Of a DNA stretch of 32,000 nt, positions 16,977-24,588 are shown piece after piece. A model generated the notes under the pieces. The model worked only from the letters and a program-made list of their open reading frames with translations. It did not search any database and was not told the origin of the DNA. Within the stretch, counting starts at the first letter, position 1. Each line of letters starts with the position of its first letter. The DNA is from Thermoproteus sp. GTDB lineage: Archaea > Thermoproteota > Thermoprotei > Thermoproteales > Thermoproteaceae. The stretch spans positions 1-32,000 of the forward strand of contig JBMFIG010000001.1 of the NCBI GenBank assembly GCA_049976425.1, written 5' to 3'. A program made the position numbers and the translations under genes.

Positions 16977-17708
16977 TTACCAAATGTATGCCGTTAGAGT
17001 TCCTTGGTATGTTACTGTTGCTGTAAACGGATTGAAGACTATGGCATACGCGGTATACACGCCATTAAGGTTAAACCCGTAGCTCAAACTACCTCCCCAG
17101 CCGCAGTACCCCTCGCCGTTGCCTGTCTCCGCATAGAAGTACCCAACGCACAGCCCCGTGGACGTAGGGCTCCACGATAGGTTGAACTGGAGAGCCAAGG
17201 CGCCTGGGTATGGGCCGTACATGTCCTGACTTCCTGGCGGTAGAGTTCCGCCTATGTTCTGGGAGACGGCTATGATCTGCGGCCTCGTCGACTGCGTATT
17301 CGTAGCGTCGACTTTTCTTATGCCCGAACTGTGTATGGTCACGTTGGTGAGAACTATCTCGGTCCCGTTGTCAAAGATTACCTCTATGGCCTTGATAGTG
17401 CCGTTCTCTATCACTGCTTTCAGCCTCACCTTTATCACGTTATCCGTCGTTGTAAAGTTGGGCACTTTATCGGCTATCCTTATGCCTGAATCGCGATACA
17501 TGTGTAGCTTCAGAACCGCGAATACTGTGCCGTTATCGTACAGCGCTATCAACTTATCGCCCCTAACCAACAACTCCACGTGAAACGGCTTGGGCCCAGC
17601 GCCTGACAGCTTATTGACAGATCCCGCATACGCCAGATATGCGGTCAACAGAGCGGCTATCGCCACACCGACCACTACTGCGTAGATCTTCTTCATGCCG
17701 CCGCTCAT
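16977..17708 (-). CDS. secreted/anchored beta-rich protein with N-glycosylation sequons (likely true start at MKKIY, 17696)
   Basis: 243 aa. Signal-like N-terminus MKKIYAVVVGVAIAALLTAYLAYAG. Sequons NGT (x3), NFT, NVT, NLS. G/Y/T-rich C-terminal half. The T-rich box at 17720-17727 is ~25-30 nt upstream of ATG 17696. Confidence 0.6.
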   Translation of the reverse strand: MSGGMKKIYAVVVGVAIAALLTAYLAYAGSVNKLSGAGPKPFHVELLVRGDKLIALYDNGTVFAVLKLHMYRDSGIRIADKVPNFTTTDNVIKVRLKAVIENGTIKAIEVIFDNGTEIVLTNVTIHSSGIRKVDATNTQSTRPQIIAVSQNIGGTLPPGSQDMYGPYPGALALQFNLSWSPTSTGLCVGYFYAETGNGEGYCGWGGSLSYGFNLNGVYTAYAIVFNPFTATVTYQGTLTAYIW

Positions 17709-17720
17709 TTTTTGATCAAT

Positions 17721-17747
17721 AAAAAATTTGCATACTCAAAGTATGCA
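17721..17747 (-). terminator. hairpin plus oligo-T downstream of top6B
   Basis: The minus-strand RNA reads UGCAUACU-UUG-AGUAUGCA (perfect 8-bp stem, 17729-17747), followed by AAUUUUUU (T6 = plus-strand A-run 17721-17726). Confidence 0.45.
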
Positions 17748-17766
17748 GGCAACCGGCAACGGCCGA

Positions 17767-19353
17767 CTAGCCTTGTTCGGCCGCCTCTTCCTTTATCGAG
17801 GACGCCATGGACAAGACGTGTTTGGCGAGCTCCTCCACTGTGAGGCCCAGCTTGTTCTCGATCAGCTTGTAGAGGCTCTTCGCGAGCGCGTCCTTGTCGA
17901 GGCCTGTCACTATCGCCATGTTGTGGGCTATTTCGTCAACGTACTTGGCCAGCGACGTGTACTTGTTGAGGAGCTCCAACTCCCTCTCCTTCCTAGAGAG
18001 GTAGATCCTCAGCTTCCTCGCGGCGTCTCTCAACGCGAGCTTCATCTCCTCCTCTATCTCCTGTATTTCGGCTATCGCCTCCTTGCCGGCCGAGGCGTAG
18101 GGAACCTTCGTGGAGCACACGTGTATTATCACTGCGACGGGGGCGGGGAACTTAACCTTGTAGTTCTGCCAGTTGAACTCGTCGACTACTTTCCTCGCGA
18201 CGTCGGCCCCCTCGTCGTAGAGCAACGGGATCTTGTTGGCGTATCTGAGGAGTATCGGCTTGTCCACCGGAATTATCTGCCCTCCCCAAGCTATAGCCGC
18301 CTCGACTATGAAGGGATGTCCCGAGTAGCTACTGGGCTTCCTAGTCACCGCGAAGACGGCCTCTGCGCCCAGGATAGATTTGGCGCCTACCTCCAAGAGC
18401 TCGGGCCCGGCGGGCGAGAGCCAGTCGGCTCTCGGCCTCCGCCAGCCCTCGTAGGCCTTCATCTTCTCTACCAGAAGCACTATCTCGTCTTGGGTGAGGG
18501 AGCCCACGGGCTTATTGGGGTCCAACGCCGCCCATTCCAGGAAGGATCGCGCCAGTCCCTCCCCGACGCCGTCGAAGTTCTTGATCAGAAATTCGGCGAG
18601 AGTCGCCGTCTTGTTCTCCGAGATCATCTGCTTCACTGTGTCTACGTCCACGCTCTTGGGGTGGGGCAGGCCCTCCTCAGGGGGAGGAGGCATCTTGATG
18701 GTGCGCCTTTTCAGAAACATCTCCATATCTGGTCCCTTGAAATATATCTCTGCATATGGCGATATTATTGCAGTTCTTCTTAGATATTCTTCTATTCTCT
18801 TCTTGGAATTCAGCCAATTACCCTCTATAACCACTTTCACCGCAGTGCCGTGCCATTTATATTTATTTTCATATTCTTTCATATCAACTATAATGGGCTC
18901 ATTCTTTGTAGTATCTATCATTATTCTATATTCATATATCTTGTCTGAGCGGACCGCCGCCGATCTTACCGAGATCGGCCGGTTCGTGGTGCTCTGCGCA
19001 TACAACACTACCATCTTGAGGCCGAGGCCGAAGACGCCTCTATGTTGCTTTATCTTGTACTTAGAGCTGTAGAACACTCTGCCGAAGACGTTGGGTATTT
19101 CGTGGCCCGGTATCCCCACCCCGTTATCCTCCACATATACAGAATACCAGCTCTTCGCTTCGTCCACAGGCTTTATGGTAATAGTTATGTTGGGCAGAAT
19201 GCCGTAGGGCTCTGTGGCGTCTAGGCTGTTCTCGACGAGCTCTCTGACAGTCTGGTACATCGCCCTCGCGGGGTTTTGGAACCCCGCTATCTCCCTATTT
19301 CTCCTGAACCATTCAGCTACAGGAAGGGCCTCGTAGGCGTAGGTAACGGTCAC
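17767..19353 (-). CDS. top6B: DNA topoisomerase VI subunit B (GHKL ATPase)
   Basis: 528 aa. Bergerat-fold motifs ELVENSLDA, VEDNGVGIP and GVFGLGLK. GTG start. TATA GATTTAAAGC (19372-19381) ~24 nt upstream. Confidence 0.93.
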   Translation of the reverse strand: MTVTYAYEALPVAEWFRRNREIAGFQNPARAMYQTVRELVENSLDATEPYGILPNITITIKPVDEAKSWYSVYVEDNGVGIPGHEIPNVFGRVFYSSKYKIKQHRGVFGLGLKMVVLYAQSTTNRPISVRSAAVRSDKIYEYRIMIDTTKNEPIIVDMKEYENKYKWHGTAVKVVIEGNWLNSKKRIEEYLRRTAIISPYAEIYFKGPDMEMFLKRRTIKMPPPPEEGLPHPKSVDVDTVKQMISENKTATLAEFLIKNFDGVGEGLARSFLEWAALDPNKPVGSLTQDEIVLLVEKMKAYEGWRRPRADWLSPAGPELLEVGAKSILGAEAVFAVTRKPSSYSGHPFIVEAAIAWGGQIIPVDKPILLRYANKIPLLYDEGADVARKVVDEFNWQNYKVKFPAPVAVIIHVCSTKVPYASAGKEAIAEIQEIEEEMKLALRDAARKLRIYLSRKERELELLNKYTSLAKYVDEIAHNMAIVTGLDKDALAKSLYKLIENKLGLTVEELAKHVLSMASSIKEEAAEQG

Positions 19354-19448
19354 GTGGGGGGTAAGATAGACGATTTAAAGCTTTGCAACCGGGCCGCGCC
19401 GCCCGGCGCTTGACGGCCGCCGGAGGTCTCCGCCCCGCATCACGAGGG

Positions 19449-20357
19449 CTATGCGTCTGCCTGGTCTTGGGCGCCCGACCTGCACCGAGCTATTTTCAAT
19501 ATCTTAGTAGCGGCGTCGGGCGCGTCGAAGCCGAAGACGTACCCGTTGGCCTCTATGCCTATCCCTCCCCTATCGAAAACCACGTCGTAGGCGCGGCTAC
19601 GCATGGCCGACGTTATGTTCTCTATGCTCTCCTCCTCGGTATTGCTGGGGCCCACTACAGCGTACTTGTAATTATATTTTTTAATGCAATCAATTAAACC
19701 TTCGTCATATTTTATATTTATGACTGCTTTTATATCCTTATGAATATTATTTATAGCTAATATAAGTTTGCCTAGAAATTTAGCGCCCCATAGCTGGGGC
19801 TCGGATGTAGTCGCGAGGGTTTCCCCCACGACCGAGATACGGCTGGGATATCCGATAGGGCCCTCGCCGCTGAGCTCTACTATATTCATTAAAACCCTTG
19901 GGACTAAATTTATTATATATTTATTGTTTTTTAACATATTAAAACTAATAATTATTCTATTTTTAACATCATTTATAATTGATATATTTTTACATACATC
20001 GCAGTCTTTTAGGTAGGGCGCCACGCGTTTGTGGAACTCGCAGAACCTCAACGACGAGAGTAGGGACAACACGAAGTTGTTCAGGTACTCCACGGCCTCA
20101 GGGTAGTTCTGTTGATCCACCGCGGCTATAACGACATCGACAACTCTGTCTACCTCCTCTCTGGATAGCCCTACCTCTGCAAGCCTCCGCTCATAGTGTC
20201 CCCTATCCAGTTTAAGATATGCGCTCACGGCCGGCTGGGATATGCCGAGTATCTGGCCTATCCTGCTCTGCGAAAAGCCGCGGCGCGAGAGCTCGTGCGC
20301 TATCAATCCCTTGAGCGGCTGCATCACTCTCTCCGACAAGAGCTCTAGGGGAAACAT
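19449..20357 (-). CDS. HTH regulator with C-terminal ThiN-like domain (ThiR-like thiamine regulator / ThiN family)
   Basis: 302 aa. N-terminal HTH GFSQSRIGQILGISQPAVSAYLK. C-terminal ...DVVFDRGGIGIEANGYVFGFDAPDAATKILKI resembles the ThiN domain. Central Cys-containing segment CEFH...CDVC. Confidence 0.65.
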   Translation of the reverse strand: MFPLELLSERVMQPLKGLIAHELSRRGFSQSRIGQILGISQPAVSAYLKLDRGHYERRLAEVGLSREEVDRVVDVVIAAVDQQNYPEAVEYLNNFVLSLLSSLRFCEFHKRVAPYLKDCDVCKNISIINDVKNRIIISFNMLKNNKYIINLVPRVLMNIVELSGEGPIGYPSRISVVGETLATTSEPQLWGAKFLGKLILAINNIHKDIKAVINIKYDEGLIDCIKKYNYKYAVVGPSNTEEESIENITSAMRSRAYDVVFDRGGIGIEANGYVFGFDAPDAATKILKIARCRSGAQDQADA

Positions 20358-20461
20358 GACACATATAGAGGCCGATAAATATATGCCCTTGTATTCAAGC
20401 CGCCGATCTCCATAGCCAGAGGGCGCGAAACCTTATTATTTAACGCCGGCAGGTTGGGTGC

Positions 20462-21397
20462 GTGATAAGCCACGTAGCGTTGCAGTTAGGAGAGCGTAAG
20501 ATATCCGGCGAGCTGACCCCGCTGACATTTGTAACAGGATCAGGTAAAAGCGTCTTCATAAATTCTATTTATTTAATTTTATCTAATATTGGGTCTAAAA
20601 TACCAAAAATTTATTATAATAAATTTAATATATCTATAAAAATAAATAATAAAGTTTTTTCATTACAAAAAAACGGCAAAATTTATAGACAGATATTCGA
20701 GGACGGAGGCAGGAAAGTCGCGATAGAGTACGGAGTCTTGAACGGCTCCCGTATCAGTAGGGTGGTGGAGCCGTTCGAGCTTACGATAAAAAACGCGGAT
20801 ATCCTGATGCCTCAGGTAGACGTCGCCGAGCACGTCTCCATACTGGCCGACGAGGAGGTCGAAGAGGTGAACAGGCTTCTGGGCGAGTTTAGAAAGACCT
20901 TCTCGCTGAAGGCTATCTTGTTGGGCCCGTATATAGATCCGAGGACGTTCCACGACGCCGCCAAGGCTACGGGCGTCCTCAAGCCCAACGGAAGCAACCT
21001 AGTCGGCGTGTTGGCCAAGCTAGCCCTCAAAGCCCCTGATGCCTACGACAGGCTCAGGGCATCTTTCAGGAAAAAGGGCATTAAACTCGCCGTGGGGCTG
21101 GCGAGGGAGGGCGTTCTAGCCGGCGTGGCGTATATCGGCGGCGCCAAGATCCCGATCTCTAGGCTTCCCTGTAGCCTGAAGACCGCGCTGGCGTTGGCCA
21201 CCGCAGTCATAACAAGGCCCGACCTGCTACTCGTCGACAACTTCGATTATTGTTTCAACGAGAACGTGGCCGAGATGCTGTCCAGCTACCTCAACGAGCA
21301 GATATCCAGAGGTCAGATAGTGGCTGAAATACACAGGCCCGACGTCGCCGAGCTGTTCAAGACCCAGTATAAGTCAATACTTTCGGTATCTCTTTGA
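20462..21397 (+). CDS. stand-alone ABC/SMC-head-like ATPase with degenerate catalytic motifs
   Basis: 311 aa. Walker A-like FVTGSGKS (first Gly of GxxGxGKS missing). Signature position reads LPCSLKTALAL instead of LSGGQ. Walker B LLLVDN (Asn where the catalytic Glu is expected). His loop EIHRPD. GTG start ~20 nt after CTTATTATTTAAC. Confidence 0.6.
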   Translation: MISHVALQLGERKISGELTPLTFVTGSGKSVFINSIYLILSNIGSKIPKIYYNKFNISIKINNKVFSLQKNGKIYRQIFEDGGRKVAIEYGVLNGSRISRVVEPFELTIKNADILMPQVDVAEHVSILADEEVEEVNRLLGEFRKTFSLKAILLGPYIDPRTFHDAAKATGVLKPNGSNLVGVLAKLALKAPDAYDRLRASFRKKGIKLAVGLAREGVLAGVAYIGGAKIPISRLPCSLKTALALATAVITRPDLLLVDNFDYCFNENVAEMLSSYLNEQISRGQIVAEIHRPDVAELFKTQYKSILSVSL

Positions 21398-21406
21398 TTA
21401 CGTGTA

Positions 21407-21613
21407 CTACACGTATACTTCCAATTCCTGAAGGATTTTGACTACCTTCTGAAGCTCATTGAGCTCTCTCTGGGCTATTCTCAAAGCCTCCTCGACCACT
21501 TCGCGCGTGGGTCCCCCCACCTCGAACTCGTACAGGACATAGTTCAGAATCGCCCTAGCGCCTAGGCCCTCCACCTCCTTCAAGCTTTTCCTGAGAACCT
21601 CTGCCGGATCCAC
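21407..21613 (-). CDS. small helical hypothetical protein (start uncertain)
   Basis: 68-aa ORF from GTG 21613, with predicted helices (…EVVEEALRIAQRELNELQKVVKILQEL). Overlaps the 3' end of the UPF0201 ORF by up to 59 nt. No family recognised. Confidence 0.35.
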   Translation of the reverse strand: MDPAEVLRKSLKEVEGLGARAILNYVLYEFEVGGPTREVVEEALRIAQRELNELQKVVKILQELEVYV

Positions 21614-22022
21614 GCAACCTTACAAATGTCTCTATTAAGCTATTTGCCGCGGCGCGGGGCACCCTGACCTCTACATGGATTACGTCGTCGCCGCTGTCGA
21701 GCCGCAGAAGTCCTTGTAAGGCCTTCTGCTTATTAAATCTGATAAATAATTTATTTTTATATATATTTATATTATTTAACAATATTTGAAAATCTAAATT
21801 ATCTATTGATTTAAGTATATTAGCGAAGATAGTTGTGGCGTAGCAACCGACGACCTCCGCGTACATCATGGTGATGACATTGCCGTAATATCCTGTTACC
21901 TTCTCGATGTGTATCTCGCCCGGCAACACGTTCCTCAACGCCTTGGCGACCCTGTCGCAATCCTCCGTGGAGTGGCAATAGGCGACTGCCTTTATCGACC
22001 TAACAGGACAAGGCTCCTGCAC
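21555..22022 (-). CDS. UPF0201-family (COG1931-like) putative RNA-binding protein
   Basis: 155 aa. N-terminal IKAVAYCHSTEDCDRVAKALRNVLPGE matches the UPF0201 hallmark (x-V-x-P/S-TED-x-x-K/R-V-x-x-A-x-x-N). ...FNKQKA... is also typical. Sits next to the exosome/proteasome superoperon, as in other archaea. Confidence 0.65.
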   Translation of the reverse strand: MQEPCPVRSIKAVAYCHSTEDCDRVAKALRNVLPGEIHIEKVTGYYGNVITMMYAEVVGCYATTIFANILKSIDNLDFQILLNNINIYKNKLFIRFNKQKALQGLLRLDSGDDVIHVEVRVPRAAANSLIETFVRLRGSGRGSQEKLEGGGGPRR

Positions 22023-22040
22023 AGCCCATGCTGATGTGCT

Positions 22041-22052
22041 AATATTTAAATT
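22041..22052. promoter_or_regulatory. single palindromic TATA element between divergent UPF0201 and psmA
   Basis: AATATTTAAATT with TTTAAA core at 22045-22050. The core centre is ~25 nt from both the GTG at 22022 (minus) and the ATG at 22072 (plus). Confidence 0.55.
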
Positions 22053-22071
22053 GGAGAATTAGAGGGCTACC

Positions 22072-22791
22072 ATGTTCCCGCCTTCAATGGCAGGTTACGA
22101 CAGAGCCATAACGATATTCTCGCCTGAGGGTAAGCTCTACCAAGTAGAGTACGCGGGCGAGGCCGTGAAGAGGGGTTGGCCGACTGTCGGCGTCAAGTGC
22201 TCCTCCGGCGTGGTCCTGGCGGCCGAGAAGCGCAAGATATCGCAGTTGTTCGACCCGTCGTCGTTGGAGAAGATATATATCGTGGACGACCACGTGGCGA
22301 TCTCGCCTTCCGGCCTTCTGGCGGATGCCAGAGTGCTCGTCGACTACGCCAGATCGGTCGCGTTGACTCACAGATTTCTCTACGACGAGCCTATAGACGT
22401 CGAGGTGTTGACCAAGGACATATGCAACCTGAAGCAACAATACACGCAGTTCGGGGGCGCCAGGCCTTTCGGCGTTGCCCTGTTGGTGGCCGGCATAGAT
22501 AGGCAGGGCCCTAAGCTCTTCCAGACAGATCCGGGCGGCGTTTATCTCGGCTACTACGCGACGGCGATAGGGGCCGAGTCCACGGCCATCGTCGAATTCT
22601 TGGAGAAGAACTACAGCCACGACGTGGACGTGCCTCAATGCATCGAGCTGGCCCTGAGAGCCCTCAGCACCGCGATGGAGTCTATCGATGTGGATAGGAT
22701 AGAGGTCGCGTACGGCGATGTGAAGAGCAAGGTTATGAGGAAGATGTCTAAGGAGGAGCTCGCCCCCATTCTGGCGAAAATCAAGAAGTAG
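22072..22791 (+). CDS. psmA: proteasome subunit alpha
   Basis: 239 aa. N-terminal YDRAITIFSPEGKLYQVEYA signature, and full-length resemblance to archaeal PsmA. Confidence 0.95.
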   Translation: MFPPSMAGYDRAITIFSPEGKLYQVEYAGEAVKRGWPTVGVKCSSGVVLAAEKRKISQLFDPSSLEKIYIVDDHVAISPSGLLADARVLVDYARSVALTHRFLYDEPIDVEVLTKDICNLKQQYTQFGGARPFGVALLVAGIDRQGPKLFQTDPGGVYLGYYATAIGAESTAIVEFLEKNYSHDVDVPQCIELALRALSTAMESIDVDRIEVAYGDVKSKVMRKMSKEELAPILAKIKK

Positions 22792-23101
22792 CTCTCCGGG
22801 CGCAGAGCTCCGCTATAATCAACAACTGCTTTGCGAGCTCGCCCGGCGTTATGCCTCTGGACATACATTTAGTTACGTCTATGGTGACCTTGAGCTTTCC
22901 CTCCCCCTCTCTACATACTCTAAGCAACTCCGTCTCGACACAGACGTCTCCAGACGCGCCGAGTCCTTCGGCAAGACATCCCAGAGAGACCGGGCCCTCT
23001 ATCTCGCACGGCACGTAGTAGCCGCCCTCGCCTCTATAGTTGGTGTAGGCCATATCGCACTCTATATGCACAACGCCTCTATCGGCCACATATACGCTCA
23101 C
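22781..23101 (-). CDS. hypothetical Cys-containing protein, antisense-oriented inside the superoperon
   Basis: 106-aa ORF (GTG start) filling the psmA-SBDS gap, with no competing plus-strand ORF. Codon style matches neighbouring genes (ATA Ile, AGA/AGG Arg, G/C-ending codons). CTTAAATAA (complement of 23121-23129) lies ~22-28 nt upstream. Confidence 0.45.
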   Translation of the reverse strand: MSVYVADRGVVHIECDMAYTNYRGEGGYYVPCEIEGPVSLGCLAEGLGASGDVCVETELLRVCREGEGKLKVTIDVTKCMSRGITPGELAKQLLIIAELCARRATS

Positions 23102-23182
23102 GGCTTTCCGATAACATCGTTATTTAAGCTCGAACGTCCCCGTCTCGATAGATTTATTTCTCGTGTTTTTATAGGTGCTTAT

Positions 23183-23878
23183 ATGACTAAGGTGGCTATA
23201 GCGAAGTTGGATCGTGCCGGCGAGCACTTCGAGATCTTGGTAGATCCCGACGCCGCGTTGGAGCTGAAGACGGGGAAGCCGATAGGTCTAGATAAGGTGC
23301 TGGTCCACGAGGAGATCTATAAGGATGCCCGTAAAGGCCTTAGGGCCTCCGAACAGGCGTTAAAGAAGGCGTTTGGGACTACCGACGTCCACAAGGTGGC
23401 CGAGATCATAATAAGGGAGGGGGAAATCCCCATAACCGCCGAGCAGAGGCGCAAGATGGTCGAGGACAAGAGGAGGCAGATAGTCGAATGGATCTCGCGC
23501 AACTGCATCGACGTGCGGACCAAGACCCCCGTGCCGCCCCAGAGGGTAGAGAACGCCTTGGAGCAAGTGCGCGCGGCTATAGATCCGTTTAAGCCGGTGG
23601 AGGAGCAGATAAACCACATCTTGAAGGAGCTCCAGAGAGTCCTTCCGATAAAGGTGGCCACTGTCAGGATAGCGGTAAGCGTGTCGTCGCAATACGCGCA
23701 GAAGGTGAAGGGCTTCGTGGGCAAGTCTGCAAAGATAGTCAACGAGAGGTTCAGGAGCGACGGGTCGTGGGAGGCCGTGGTCGAGGCGCCTGCGGGCCTT
23801 CAAGATATGATAATAGGGAGGGTCAACGACATAACCCACGGAGAAGGCGACGTGAAGATACTAGAAATAGTGTATTGA
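23183..23878 (+). CDS. SBDS/Sdo1-family ribosome maturation protein
   Basis: Translation from ATG 23183: MTKVAIAKLDRAGEHFEILVDPDAALELKTGKP...GEIPITAEQRRKM is a typical SBDS N-terminal/FYSH domain. The track ORF from 23066 is an upstream extension. TATA-like GATTTATTTC at 23151-23160. Confidence 0.85.
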   Translation: MTKVAIAKLDRAGEHFEILVDPDAALELKTGKPIGLDKVLVHEEIYKDARKGLRASEQALKKAFGTTDVHKVAEIIIREGEIPITAEQRRKMVEDKRRQIVEWISRNCIDVRTKTPVPPQRVENALEQVRAAIDPFKPVEEQINHILKELQRVLPIKVATVRIAVSVSSQYAQKVKGFVGKSAKIVNERFRSDGSWEAVVEAPAGLQDMIIGRVNDITHGEGDVKILEIVY

Positions 23879-24588
23879 TGAAGTACGTATCCCCTAGACA
23901 AGTGATATTCCCCGGCGACTTGGTGGCGACCTCGGACGAGAGCGTAGAGGGCGCCGTGTATATCGACGACGGGAAGTACAGAGCGTCCTCCGTCGGCCTG
24001 GTGGAGTTCAGAGACAACAAGATAGTCGTAGTGCCTCTGGAGGGCTCCTACAGACCTAAGCCCGGCGACGTTGTGATCGGATACGTCACCGACGTCCTTG
24101 CGTCGGGTTGGGAGGTCGACGTGAGGGCGCCTCTGGCGGCGTGGTTGCCCGTGAGCGAGGCCACGGCCAAGTACATAGATCTCGAGAAGACCAGCTTGAC
24201 GAGCCTCCTCAATATAGGCGATGCCGTTATAGCCGTGGTGAAGGACGTGGATCTGACCGACGAGTTCCCCGTAATGCTGACGCTCAGAGAAGGCGAGAGG
24301 TTGGGCAAGATAGAGAGCGGGTTCGTGGTCGAGCTCTCGCCTGTCAAGGTACCGCGCGTGATCGGCAAGAGGGGTAGTATGATCTCCACGATCTCGGAGC
24401 TCGGTTGCGATATTATAGTTGGCCAGAACGGGAGGCTGTGGGCAAAGTGCCCCGGACCTGACGCCGAATTCGCGTTGTTGCAAATAATAGAGAAGATAGA
24501 TAGGGAGAGCCATGTGGCCGGGCTTACCGACAGGGTCAAGGCGCTAGTTGAAAGATATAAAACCGGTGCGGGTTCGGCTAGGCAATGA
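23878..24588 (+). CDS. rrp4: exosome RNA-binding cap subunit Rrp4 (S1 + KH)
   Basis: ATG 23878 overlaps the SBDS stop (TGATG). S1 segment PGDVVIGYVTDVLASGWEVDV. KH segment VKVPRVIGKRGSMISTISELGCDIIVGQNGRLW. Confidence 0.9.
   Translation: MKYVSPRQVIFPGDLVATSDESVEGAVYIDDGKYRASSVGLVEFRDNKIVVVPLEGSYRPKPGDVVIGYVTDVLASGWEVDVRAPLAAWLPVSEATAKYIDLEKTSLTSLLNIGDAVIAVVKDVDLTDEFPVMLTLREGERLGKIESGFVVELSPVKVPRVIGKRGSMISTISELGCDIIVGQNGRLWAKCPGPDAEFALLQIIEKIDRESHVAGLTDRVKALVERYKTGAGSARQ

Noticed and set aside
17728-19224. 351-aa, 192-aa and 60-aa plus-strand ORFs antisense to top6B
   Set aside because: top6B on the minus strand has unmistakable GHKL motifs over the same span. The antisense translations are R/L/G/V-rich with no recognisable domain.
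21555-21613. 59-nt overlap of the UPF0201 ORF and the 68-aa ORF, considered as a programmed frameshift or sequencing frameshift
   Set aside because: There is no slippery heptamer or obvious fusion logic. The UPF0201 domain appears complete before the overlap. The overlap shrinks to 20-29 nt if the small ORF starts at an internal TTG/GTG. Ordinary overlap or a mis-called start is more likely.
22860-22900. Minus-strand GGAGGGAAAGCTCAAGG, resembling the RNase P RNA CR-I motif (GAGGAAAGUCC), in the psmA-SBDS gap
   Set aside because: Only a partial match. No CR-IV/CR-V-like elements or P4 pairing partner were found nearby, and the segment lies inside a plausible ORF (…GEGKLKV…).
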